NCBI GenBank assembly: GCA_020632925.1 | Contig: JACKER010000007.1 | Span: 116,910-180,909, forward strand | DNA from: Alphaproteobacteria bacterium | GTDB lineage: Bacteria; Myxococcota_A; UBA796; GCA-2862545 | Length of the DNA stretch: 64,000 nucleotides | Direction of reading: 5' to 3' | Shown: in pieces, positions 29,290 through 36,892 of the stretch | Numbering within the stretch: the stretch's first letter is position 1 | How the letters are laid out: every line of letters begins with the position of its first letter | Notes under the pieces: generated by a model | Seen by the model: only the letters and a program-made list of their open reading frames with translations | Database searches by the model: none | Told to the model about the DNA's origin: nothing | Translations under genes and position numbers: made by a program

Positions 29290-30752
29290 GGGGGGCTCCG
29301 GCGCAGCCCGAGGGAGGCGAGCTTGCGCTTCACGGTGTTCCGGTCGACCTCGAGCGCCCGCGCGGTGGCGCTGATGTTGCCGCCGGTCGCCGCCCACGCG
29401 TTCCGCACCGCCTGCTGCTCGGCGTCCGCCAGCACGTCGGCCAACGGGCGCACGCCATCGGCGGTCGGCGTCGACGCGGGACGTATCCCGCGGAGCTCGG
29501 GCGACAGGTCCTCGAGCGTGACCCGGCCCTCGGCGAACACGCACCAGCGCACGACCTCGGCCCGCAGCTCGCGTACGTTCCCGGGCCAGCGCCAGGCGGC
29601 GAGACGCGCCCAGGCGTCGGCGGCGACGGGCAGCTCGGGGCGGCCCTGCTCCTCGAGGAAGCGCGCGACGAGCGCGGGCAGGTCGTCGACGCGCTCGCGA
29701 AGCGGCGGCACCTGCAGCACCACGCCCGACAGGCGGTACCAGAGGTCCTCGCGGAAGCGCCCGCGGTCCACCTCCGCCTTCAGGTCCCGATGCGTCGCGC
29801 ACACGAGGCGCACGTCGACCTTCACGTCCTGTTCGCCGCCGAGGCGCCGCAGCTCGCCCTCCTGGAGCACGCGGAGGAGGCCGACCTGCACCCGCGCGGA
29901 GAGCTCGCCGACCTCGTCGAGGAAGAGCGTGCCCTTGTGCGCGAGCTCGAACAGGCCCCGTCGGCGGGCGCTGGCGCCGGTGAACGCCCCGGCCTCGTGG
30001 CCGAAGAGCTCACTCGCGAGCAGCCCGTCGTCGAAGGCGCCGCCGTTGCAGGCCACGAACGGCCCCTTCGCGCGGGGGCTCGCCTCGTGGATCGCGCGTG
30101 CGACGAGCTCCTTGCCGGTCCCGGTCTCGCCGTGCACCAGCACCGGCACGTCGGTCGGCGCCACCCGGAGCATCCGCGAGCGCAGCGTGCGCATCGCCGC
30201 CGACTCGCCGACCATCCCGTGGCGCACGACCCCGTCCGCCCGCAGGCGCACGACCTCCTCGCGCAGCGCGCGGATCTCCGGGAAGCCCTCGACCGGCATG
30301 CGCACGACGCGCACGGGGTGCGGGTGGGGCACGGGCACGAAGCGCGCGGGCACGACCTGCAGCATGCGCGCGGGCAACAAGCCGCTCTCGACCAGGATCA
30401 CCCACAGGGTCTGCGCCTGCGGCGTACCGGCGGAGAGCAGCACGTCGAGCCCCTCGGCGCCGCGCAGCTCCTCGACCAGCGGCCGCACCGCGGCGAAGAG
30501 CTGCTCGTGGTCCGACGGGTCGGTCAGCGGCACCGCGCGCAGCTCGACGGTGCAGCCGAGCGCCTCGGCCTCGCGCTTCAGCTCCCGACCGCCGCGGAGG
30601 CCCGCCTCGGGGACCAGCACCAGGACGCGATAGTAGCGCTCGTGGTCCAGCAGGCGCAGCACCGGGCCGCGGTCCTGCTCGGGGCGAGGGCCGTGGTGGG
30701 CGGGCGGCGGGCCCGCGCCGCGATCGGTCCAGGTGAGGAGCGTGCGGCTCAC
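29286..30752 (-). CDS. rtcR: RtcR-like sigma54-dependent regulator (N-terminal CARF-like domain + AAA+ + HTH)
   Basis: GTG start overlapping the TGA of the MVP gene (GTGA). The N-terminal 170 aa align with the E. coli RtcR CARF domain: DHEQLFAAVRPLVEELRG and LDVLLSAGTPQAQTLWVILVESGLLPARMLQV, compare DYLIHITTGTHVAQICWFLLAEARYLPARLIQ. This is followed by GETGTGKE, GAFTGA, and a C-terminal HTH. The upstream part of the 1265-aa ORF is junk. Confidence 0.75.
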   Translation of the reverse strand: MSRTLLTWTDRGAGPPPAHHGPRPEQDRGPVLRLLDHERYYRVLVLVPEAGLRGGRELKREAEALGCTVELRAVPLTDPSDHEQLFAAVRPLVEELRGAEGLDVLLSAGTPQAQTLWVILVESGLLPARMLQVVPARFVPVPHPHPVRVVRMPVEGFPEIRALREEVVRLRADGVVRHGMVGESAAMRTLRSRMLRVAPTDVPVLVHGETGTGKELVARAIHEASPRAKGPFVACNGGAFDDGLLASELFGHEAGAFTGASARRRGLFELAHKGTLFLDEVGELSARVQVGLLRVLQEGELRRLGGEQDVKVDVRLVCATHRDLKAEVDRGRFREDLWYRLSGVVLQVPPLRERVDDLPALVARFLEEQGRPELPVAADAWARLAAWRWPGNVRELRAEVVRWCVFAEGRVTLEDLSPELRGIRPASTPTADGVRPLADVLADAEQQAVRNAWAATGGNISATARALEVDRNTVKRKLASLGLRRSPP

Positions 30753-33253
30753 GCCTCGTCGTTGCCCTTGATGCGCTCGAGGACGCCGGCCAGCGGGGTG
30801 CCCGCGAACATCTTGTCCACGACCTCCACGAAGTTCCGGCCGCCGACGATCTGCTGCACGCTGAGCGCCTCGGCGACCTTCACCAGGGTCTCCTCGTGCG
30901 ACAGGGCGAGCAGCGCCTCGGAGAACCCGCCCTGGGCGGCCTCGAAGCGCGCGACCACCGCGTCCACCTCGGCCTTGAGCGCGGCCAGCTTCAGCTCCTG
31001 GTCCACGCGGGAGAGCGCCTGACGCTGCTCGTGGGTCGCCTTCTCGCGGACGAGCTGCCCCTCGTGCTCGACGGCGATCGCGGCCACCTTCGCGGTGTTG
31101 GCCTCCTGCCGCCGCTGGTGCTGCTGGACCTCGCCCGCGAGCGCCGCCAGCGCGACCGAGAGCTTGGCCTTCGCCTGCTCGATCTCGAGCTCTGCCAGGC
31201 GGGTCTGCGTCGCCGTACGGGCCTCGGCCATGGAACGCGCGATGCCCTCCTGCTGCTGCGTGACCTCGAGGCTGCGCTCGGCGCGGAGCAGCGTGATCGA
31301 GGACTCGACCGCCTCGTGCTGGGCCTGGGCGAGGAGCGTCGCGATGCGGTCGTCGTCGATGCCGACCTCCAGCACCTCCACGTCCGTCACCACCATCCCG
31401 TTCTCCGCGAAGCGCATGCCGGGGCGCGGCGAGCCCTCGGACGCCTTGCCGAGGATGCCGTCCCGCACGATGTCGACGGCCTGCTTGTAGAACTGCTCGA
31501 CCGGCAGCTTTTTGATCTGGCCCTTGAGCACGCTGCGGACGTGGTCGCAGAGCAGCTTCACGTAGTTCTCGACCTCGAACCACTTCTCGGACTCGCCCGT
31601 GAAGTTCACGCGGAGGCTGTACTCGAGCGTGATGCGCACGTGGTCGGCGGTCTCGACCTCGCAGGTGTCGCCGACGCGGTTGTTGAGCACCCGCAGGAAG
31701 GACGTGCGCAGCAGCCGGTCGGTGGACTTGGGGCGGCCGGTCGACAGCTCGAGGATCTCGAGCGTCTCGTCGTACTCGAGCAACAGGTTGCGCGGGCCGA
31801 CCTCGACGCGGCGGTTGCCGCTCTTGTCGACGACCATCACCGCGTACCCCACCCAGACGTTGACGTTGGGCACGCCCTCGAACTTGGTGTTGAACACGAT
31901 GGTGCGGGGCTGGGTGTACGAGCTGCCGCGCTCGACCACGTCGCCGACCATCGCGGGCACGTCGCGGCTCACGGCGGAGGCGTCCATGGCGACCGACTGC
32001 GACGCGGGCAGCGGCGCCTTGCCCCCGCGCTGCTGCTGCTGGACGCGGTTCGCGCGCTGGTAGTCGCCCTCGCTGACCACCCCGGCGCGCGTGGTGGGCG
32101 CGGCGTCCGCGAGGCGGCGGAGCTGGCGGTTGTACGTCAGCGCCTCGTCGTTGCCCGGGTACCAGGTCTCGCACTCGCGGTCGGACAGGATGCGGCGGAC
32201 GATGACCTCGTCGACGGGGTTGGGCAGCAGCATGAGCGGCCCGCGCGCCATGTGGATGGCGCCCGTCTTGCGGTTCATCACGTAGCGGGCCTCGCCGGCG
32301 GGCACGGCGGTCGCGAAGTGCTTGTCGCGCCCGTCGTAGCGGACCAGGCTGTGCTCCTCGCGCGGGAAGTAGATGGCGGCGTCCTTGCCCGTCAGGAAGA
32401 TCTCGTCGCCTTCCTTGTACGCCTTCCCACCGTCCTCGTAGGGCGCGATGATCTTGATGTGGAGCCCCTGGATCTCGTTGAGCTCCACGGCGCGGAACTT
32501 CCGGTGCTGGTCCTTCTGGATGAAGGTCTCGGTAGGCTCGGGGAACACGACCTGCGGGCCGCGCTCGTACCGCTTCTTGCCGTTCTGATCCACCAGGATG
32601 CAGTACTCGAGGCGCTCCAGGGTGAGGGCGTCGCGCACGTACAGCCCGTCGTCGTCGGCGACCACCCCGACACCGGTGGGCGGGATGTAGAAGCTCACGT
32701 CGGTGCCCTTGATGATGAGCAGCTTGCCGACGGTCAGGTCCTGCGGAGCCTGCGCGACGGGCGCCTCGGGAGCGCCGTCGCCGGCGGGCTTGATGACGGC
32801 CTTGCCCCAGTTCTTGCGCGCCTCGTCCTCGTTGTAGACCCGGACCAGCAGGTACTGGTTGGACCGGAGGTGGTGGCCCTGGACGAGCTTGACGATCTGC
32901 CCGGGCCACAGCGCGAAGCTGCACGGGCCGTTGATGTTGATCTTGCGACCGACCTCGAGATCGGGCGACGGGTAGACGCCGCCGAACGGCGGGTGGTCGT
33001 TCTTCGTCGAGGGGTTCTTGAGGGTGAGGTAGTAGCCCTCGGGCGCGATGGCGATCTGCTGCACGGCCTCCTCGAGCCCGCACGGCTCGAAGTGCTTGGT
33101 GCCGGCGTCGAAGCGGACGGGCCGCTCCTGGGCGGTCGGGTTGATCACCGTGGGCCCGGTGTACGTCTTGACGATGCCCTTGGTGACGTCCTGCATGTAG
33201 GCGTACTCGCTGGGCGCGAGCACGAGGTCCCGCTTCTGCGCGCGATCGTCCAT
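30749..33253 (-). CDS. major vault protein (MVP) homolog, full length (N-terminal repeats, shoulder, cap-helix coiled coil)
   Basis: 834 aa starting at MDDRAQKRDLVLAPSEYAYMQDVTKGIVKTYTGPTVINPTAQERPV, compare human MVP [39 protein letters not shown]. Shoulder region LELSTGRPKSTDRLLRTSFLRVLNNRVGDTCEVETADHVRITLEYSLRVNF, compare [50 protein letters not shown]. C-terminal Ala/Glu/Gln-rich coiled coil of about 150 aa. RBS GGGAGAACCACG. Confidence 0.8.
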   Translation of the reverse strand: MDDRAQKRDLVLAPSEYAYMQDVTKGIVKTYTGPTVINPTAQERPVRFDAGTKHFEPCGLEEAVQQIAIAPEGYYLTLKNPSTKNDHPPFGGVYPSPDLEVGRKININGPCSFALWPGQIVKLVQGHHLRSNQYLLVRVYNEDEARKNWGKAVIKPAGDGAPEAPVAQAPQDLTVGKLLIIKGTDVSFYIPPTGVGVVADDDGLYVRDALTLERLEYCILVDQNGKKRYERGPQVVFPEPTETFIQKDQHRKFRAVELNEIQGLHIKIIAPYEDGGKAYKEGDEIFLTGKDAAIYFPREEHSLVRYDGRDKHFATAVPAGEARYVMNRKTGAIHMARGPLMLLPNPVDEVIVRRILSDRECETWYPGNDEALTYNRQLRRLADAAPTTRAGVVSEGDYQRANRVQQQQRGGKAPLPASQSVAMDASAVSRDVPAMVGDVVERGSSYTQPRTIVFNTKFEGVPNVNVWVGYAVMVVDKSGNRRVEVGPRNLLLEYDETLEILELSTGRPKSTDRLLRTSFLRVLNNRVGDTCEVETADHVRITLEYSLRVNFTGESEKWFEVENYVKLLCDHVRSVLKGQIKKLPVEQFYKQAVDIVRDGILGKASEGSPRPGMRFAENGMVVTDVEVLEVGIDDDRIATLLAQAQHEAVESSITLLRAERSLEVTQQQEGIARSMAEARTATQTRLAELEIEQAKAKLSVALAALAGEVQQHQRRQEANTAKVAAIAVEHEGQLVREKATHEQRQALSRVDQELKLAALKAEVDAVVARFEAAQGGFSEALLALSHEETLVKVAEALSVQQIVGGRNFVEVVDKMFAGTPLAGVLERIKGNDEA

Positions 33254-33275
33254 CGTGGTTCTCCCGTGGTTTCGG

Positions 33276-34823
33276 CTAACGGGTGATCGCGACACCGGCG
33301 ACGAGCCCGAGGACGCCCCCCAGCGCGAGCCCGACGGAGAGGCCGACGGCGACCCAGCCCGCCGGGATGCCGCGTGGTTCCGTGGAGATCACGCCCTGCT
33401 CGCGGAGGAAGTCGCCGAGGGAGCGGGTCTCGTTGAAGGAGCGCTCGATCTTGAGCAGTCGCTCGGCGGTGCGCGGCCGCTGGCTGATCGTGAGCGCGAG
33501 CTGGGGGAGGAGCTGCGTGAAGTCCTCGCGCATCGACGGCCCGAACAGCCGGCGGCGGAGGATGGCGCCGGTGATCGTGCGGACCTCGGCGGCCCCGTCG
33601 AGGTCGGGGCAGTAGCGCAGGACGATGCCCTCGACGATGGTGAGGTTGCGCAGGACGACGAACAGGTCGGACTGGGCGCTCATGTGGTAGCTGGCGCCGA
33701 CGCGCATGCCGGCGATGAGCTGCTCGGTGATGCGGTGGTCGCCGATCCGCCCACCCTCGCCGCCGGCCGCGAGGACGGCGCGCAGATCCCGCTTGAGGGC
33801 GACCTGGTCCACCCCCGGCTCGGGGCGGAAGACCTGGACGAAGGCCTCGACGGCGTCGTCGTAGCGACGGGAGGCCTGGCAGAAGACGACCTCGAGCATC
33901 TTGTCGCGCAGCGCCCTCGGGAGCTGGGCGTGCAGGCCGAAGTCGACGAGCCCGATGCGCCCCGCGGGCTCGAGGATGAGGTTGCCGGGGTGGGTGTCGC
34001 CGTGGACGAAGCCGTGCTCGTAGCACATGGAGAGCTGAAGCCGGAGCATGGAGCGGCAGAAGGCCTCGGGGTCGTAGCCGAGGGCCTGGAGCGCCTGGGG
34101 TGTGCCGACGTCGGAGAGCTTGGTGCCCTCGAGCCAGGACATGACGAGCAGGTGCGGCGTACACAGGTGCGAGACGACGGTGGGGACGACGAACTCGGGC
34201 AGCGTGGTGAGGACCTCGTCGAACCGGTCGATGGCGCGGGCCTCGGCGAGGAAGTCGAGCTCACCACGGGCGCGGGCGGCGTACTCCTCGGCGACGCGGT
34301 GGACCATGGCGCGGTGGTAGGGCGGCACGAGGCGGTCGATGAAGCCGGAGAGCGTGAGGAGCGTGTCGAGGTCGGACAGCAGGGACTCCTCGAGCCCCGG
34401 GCGCTGGACCTTGACGGCGACCTCGAGGCCTCCGTCGCGCAGCGTGGCTCGGTAGACCTGGGCGATGGAGGCGGCGGCGACGGGGGACTCGCCGAAGGAC
34501 GCGAAGACCTCGTCGAGGGGGCGTCCGAGCTCGCGCTCGACGATCTGGCGCGCCGTGTCGGTGGGGAAGGGCTCGACGGAGGACTGGAGCTTCCCGAGCT
34601 CTTCGGTGAAGGTCTCGCCGAACAGATCGACCCGCGTGGAGAGCATCTGGCCGAACTTCACGAAGGTGGGGCCGAGGCGCTCGAGGGTCCTGCGGAGGCG
34701 GACGGCCGTGTCGGCGTCGCTGCGCGCGGGCTCGTCGGGCTTCTCGGTGGGTGACTCGGTGAGCCAGCCGAGGCCTTCCTCGAGCAGGACCTTCGTGATC
34801 GTGGCGACGCGTGCGAGCTTCAT
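33276..34823 (-). CDS. UbiB/ABC1 (ADCK) family atypical protein kinase with C-terminal TM segment
   Basis: The start MKLARVATI lies within the 1171-aa ORF; the upstream part is junk. Motifs TFVKFGQMLSTRVDLFGETF, AVKVQRPG, HGDTHPGNL, VDFG. C-terminal hydrophobic helix. It is 22 nt upstream of the MVP start. Confidence 0.75.
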   Translation of the reverse strand: MKLARVATITKVLLEEGLGWLTESPTEKPDEPARSDADTAVRLRRTLERLGPTFVKFGQMLSTRVDLFGETFTEELGKLQSSVEPFPTDTARQIVERELGRPLDEVFASFGESPVAAASIAQVYRATLRDGGLEVAVKVQRPGLEESLLSDLDTLLTLSGFIDRLVPPYHRAMVHRVAEEYAARARGELDFLAEARAIDRFDEVLTTLPEFVVPTVVSHLCTPHLLVMSWLEGTKLSDVGTPQALQALGYDPEAFCRSMLRLQLSMCYEHGFVHGDTHPGNLILEPAGRIGLVDFGLHAQLPRALRDKMLEVVFCQASRRYDDAVEAFVQVFRPEPGVDQVALKRDLRAVLAAGGEGGRIGDHRITEQLIAGMRVGASYHMSAQSDLFVVLRNLTIVEGIVLRYCPDLDGAAEVRTITGAILRRRLFGPSMREDFTQLLPQLALTISQRPRTAERLLKIERSFNETRSLGDFLREQGVISTEPRGIPAGWVAVGLSVGLALGGVLGLVAGVAITR

Positions 34824-34858
34824 GGGACGGCAGTATGCACCGGGGTGTAGAGTGGAAC

Positions 34859-35155
34859 ATGCGCCGAATGTCCACTCTCCTCCTCCTCCTGACCGCCTGC
34901 GGCGGCGAGACCACCCCGACCGAGACCATGTCGGACGCCTGCGCATGGGAGGAGGAGCGCGGGACGTGCCCGAGCTGCTCGGACGGGGAGGTGACCTGCA
35001 CGCTCGACGGGGTGGAGGTGACCTCGGGCACCTGCGGGAGCTGCCAGGTGCTGTGGAAGCTGGCGTCGGAGCTGTGCGCGGCGGGCAGCGACGTGACGAC
35101 CGAGGAGATCGAGGGCGCCGACTGCACGGACCCCACCTGGTCGACCTCCGACTGA
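34859..35155 (+). CDS. small Cys-rich lipoprotein
   Basis: MRRMSTLLLLLTACGG lipobox. 12 Cys in 98 aa. The start is only about 35 nt from the divergent UbiB-like start, so the start or the gene reality is uncertain. Confidence 0.4.
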   Translation: MRRMSTLLLLLTACGGETTPTETMSDACAWEEERGTCPSCSDGEVTCTLDGVEVTSGTCGSCQVLWKLASELCAAGSDVTTEEIEGADCTDPTWSTSD

Positions 35156-35211
35156 GGGTCGCGGTCCGGGGTTCGCCCGGCAGGATGGCACCGAGGGCGG
35201 CGTGCAGTCCC

Positions 35212-35480
35212 GGGGGGATGGCCGGGCAAGGTGGCCCCTGTGCAACACACGGCGTGCGCCGACGGGGGGATGGCCGGGCAAGGTGGCCCCTGTGCAACAC
35301 GCAGCGTGCACCGACGGGGGGATGGCCGGGCAAGGTGGCTCCTGTGCAACACACGGCGTGCAGTTCCGGGGGGATGGCCGGGCAAGGTGGCTCCTGTGCA
35401 ACACACGGCGTGCAGCCCTGGGGGGATGGCCGGGCAAGGTGGGGTGGATGCAACGCGCCGCGAGGCAAGGTGCCCCTCGT
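35212..35480. repeat. REP-like tandem array, block 1: 5 direct copies of a 52-bp unit (consensus about ATGGCCGGGCAAGGTGGCCCCTGTGCAACACACGGCGTGCACCGACGGGGGG)
   Basis: Exact 52-nt periodicity (unit A residues at 35218, 35270, 35322, 35374, 35426). 46 nt are conserved plus about 6 variable nt. The fifth copy is degenerate and carries an insertion. 52 is not a multiple of 3, so the region is non-coding. Confidence 0.8.
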
Positions 35481-35607
35481 GCAACACGCGGCGTCGGGAG
35501 CTGACGGACCAACGCCAGGTCTGGTGCGGTCTTGCTTCCCGGGTGCCTCAGATCCGGGCCTTCCGGTTGCATTGGGGTGCCCTTGCCTCCCCGACGGTTG
35601 CACCGAC

Positions 35608-35865
35608 GGGGGGATGGCCGGGCAAGGTGGCTCCTGTGCAACACGCGGCGTGCACCCCCGCGGGGATGGCCGGGCAAGGTGGCCCCAGTGCAACACACGG
35701 CGTGCACCGACGGGCGGATGGCCGGGCAAGGTGGCCCCTGTGCAACAGGCGGCGTGCACCCAGGGGGGGATGGCCGGGCAAGGTGGCCCCTGTGCAACAC
35801 ACGGCGTGCGCACGCACGGGGATGGCCGGGCATGGTGGCCCTTGTGCAACACGACATGGAGCAGG
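35608..35865. repeat. REP-like tandem array, block 2: 5 more copies of the same 52-bp unit
   Basis: Unit starts at 35614, 35666, 35718, 35770, 35822. Separated from block 1 by about 130 bp of unique sequence. Immediately upstream of the RAYT gene. Confidence 0.8.
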
Positions 35866-35999
35866 CGGGGAAGCCCGACCGGGCAGGACGTCCTGGAAGG
35901 CGCGGCTTCCCCGCCGTCCGTCACTTCGACGGACGTCGGTCGGTCGGTCACGGACCAACCTGGGTGATCCGCGGTCCGTGGGTTGCATCGTCGCCCACC

Positions 36000-36779
36000 A
36001 TGTTCCATCTCGTCGCACGCAGCGCCGACGGGCGCTTCCTGTTCCGCACCTGGGTCGAGGGCCTCGCGCTCTGGCGGCGTGTCCTCCGTGTCGCGCCGCG
36101 CACCGTCGCGCTCGTCGTCATGCCCGACCACCTCCACCTGCTCCACGCCTCCGACAACCGGCTCGAGCTCGCGCAGGCCCTCTCCGGGTACGCGCGGTGG
36201 CGCAACCGAGCGCGAGGCGAGCGCGGGCGCGTCTTCGAGCCACTGCCGTCGGCCATTCCCATCGGTACGGGCGACAAGCGGTCGCGCGCCATCCGCTACG
36301 TCCACCTCAACCCGTGCCGCGCTCGGCTCGTGTCCGATCCGCTCGCGTGGCCGCTCTCCACCCATCGGGACGCCCTCGGCCTGGCCCTCCCCGCAGCCAT
36401 CCGCGCTCACGCCGACCCCGAGGACTTCCATCGCTACGTCTCCTCCGATCCCAGCGTGAACGTCGATGGCACCGAGCTCCCGAAGGCCGGCGAAGCACCC
36501 GATCCGGAGCGGGTGCTCCAGGCGATCTCCGCCCTCACCCGAACCCCGGTCGCCCAGCTCCGGTGCAAGGGCCCCGCGCGCAATCTCCTCGTCGGCGCCA
36601 TGCGCGAGCTCTGTCCCGAGCAGCCGGTCTCGCAGGTCCATCGCACGACCGCCTGGCGTCGTCGCTCGATCGGGGTCCCGACGGATCGTGTGGTCTCGGT
36701 CCTCGCCGATCCCCGGTTCGCTCCGCTCCAGCACGGAGATCTCCGGGCGGGGTGGCGGGAGTACCGCCAGCATCGATGA
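36000..36779 (+). CDS. REP-associated tyrosine transposase (IS200/IS605 TnpA-like HUH enzyme, RAYT)
   Basis: MFHLVARSADGRFLF...VALVVMPDHLHLLHAS (HuH motif) and RSRAIRYVHLNPCRARLV (catalytic Tyr motif). No IS ends and no tnpB. Flanked by the 52-bp repeat array. Confidence 0.7.
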   Translation: MFHLVARSADGRFLFRTWVEGLALWRRVLRVAPRTVALVVMPDHLHLLHASDNRLELAQALSGYARWRNRARGERGRVFEPLPSAIPIGTGDKRSRAIRYVHLNPCRARLVSDPLAWPLSTHRDALGLALPAAIRAHADPEDFHRYVSSDPSVNVDGTELPKAGEAPDPERVLQAISALTRTPVAQLRCKGPARNLLVGAMRELCPEQPVSQVHRTTAWRRRSIGVPTDRVVSVLADPRFAPLQHGDLRAGWREYRQHR

Positions 36780-36780
36780 T

Positions 36781-36840
36781 CGATTCATCATGATGCATCA
36801 CGCATCATCGTCGGGATGATGTCTGGTGCATCAGGCTCGG
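36781..36840. promoter_or_regulatory. cluster of overlapping CATCA/TGATG inverted repeats (candidate enhancer/operator)
   Basis: tcgattCATCATGATGCATCAcgCATCATCgtcggGATGATGtcTGGTGCATCAgg: CATCATGATG and TGATGCATCA are perfect palindromes; CATCATC...GATGATG are 7-bp arms. Located 25-85 bp upstream of the sigma54 -24 element. GC is locally lower. Confidence 0.35.
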
Positions 36841-36863
36841 CCGAAACGCCAGGTTCCCCCATG

Positions 36864-36880
36864 TTGGCACGCCCGCTGCT
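36864..36880 (+). promoter_or_regulatory. sigma54 (-24/-12) promoter upstream of rtcB
   Basis: TTGGCACGCCCGCTGCT matches TGGCACG-N4-TTGCW, with GG at 36866-7, GC at 36878-9 and correct 12-nt spacing. Confidence 0.6.
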
Positions 36881-36892
36881 GTAGTGGCTGGC

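Noticed and set aside
29286-33083. Very long Arg/Gly/Pro-rich ORFs (for example 1265 aa at 29286..33083, 1422 aa at 50423..54691, 914 aa at 21089..23833, 559 aa at 3401..5080) as genes
   Set aside because: They have low-complexity R/G/P/A composition, which is a GC-driven artefact. They overlap in other frames or strands with ORFs that have clear domain signatures (MVP, kinase, TonB-dependent receptor, peptidase).
35555-35575. GGGCACCCCAATGCAA on the minus strand as a sigma54 promoter for the UbiB/MVP operon
   Set aside because: The GG to GC spacing is 11 rather than the invariant 12 nt. The 52-bp repeat motif TGGCCCCTGTGCAA has a spacing of 9.
35212-35865. The 52-bp repeat array as a CRISPR locus
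   Set aside because: The variable segment between conserved cores is only about 6 nt, which gives no spacer-length unique sequences. There are no cas genes in the window. The units are direct tandem copies with exact 52-nt phase, typical of REP-type arrays.
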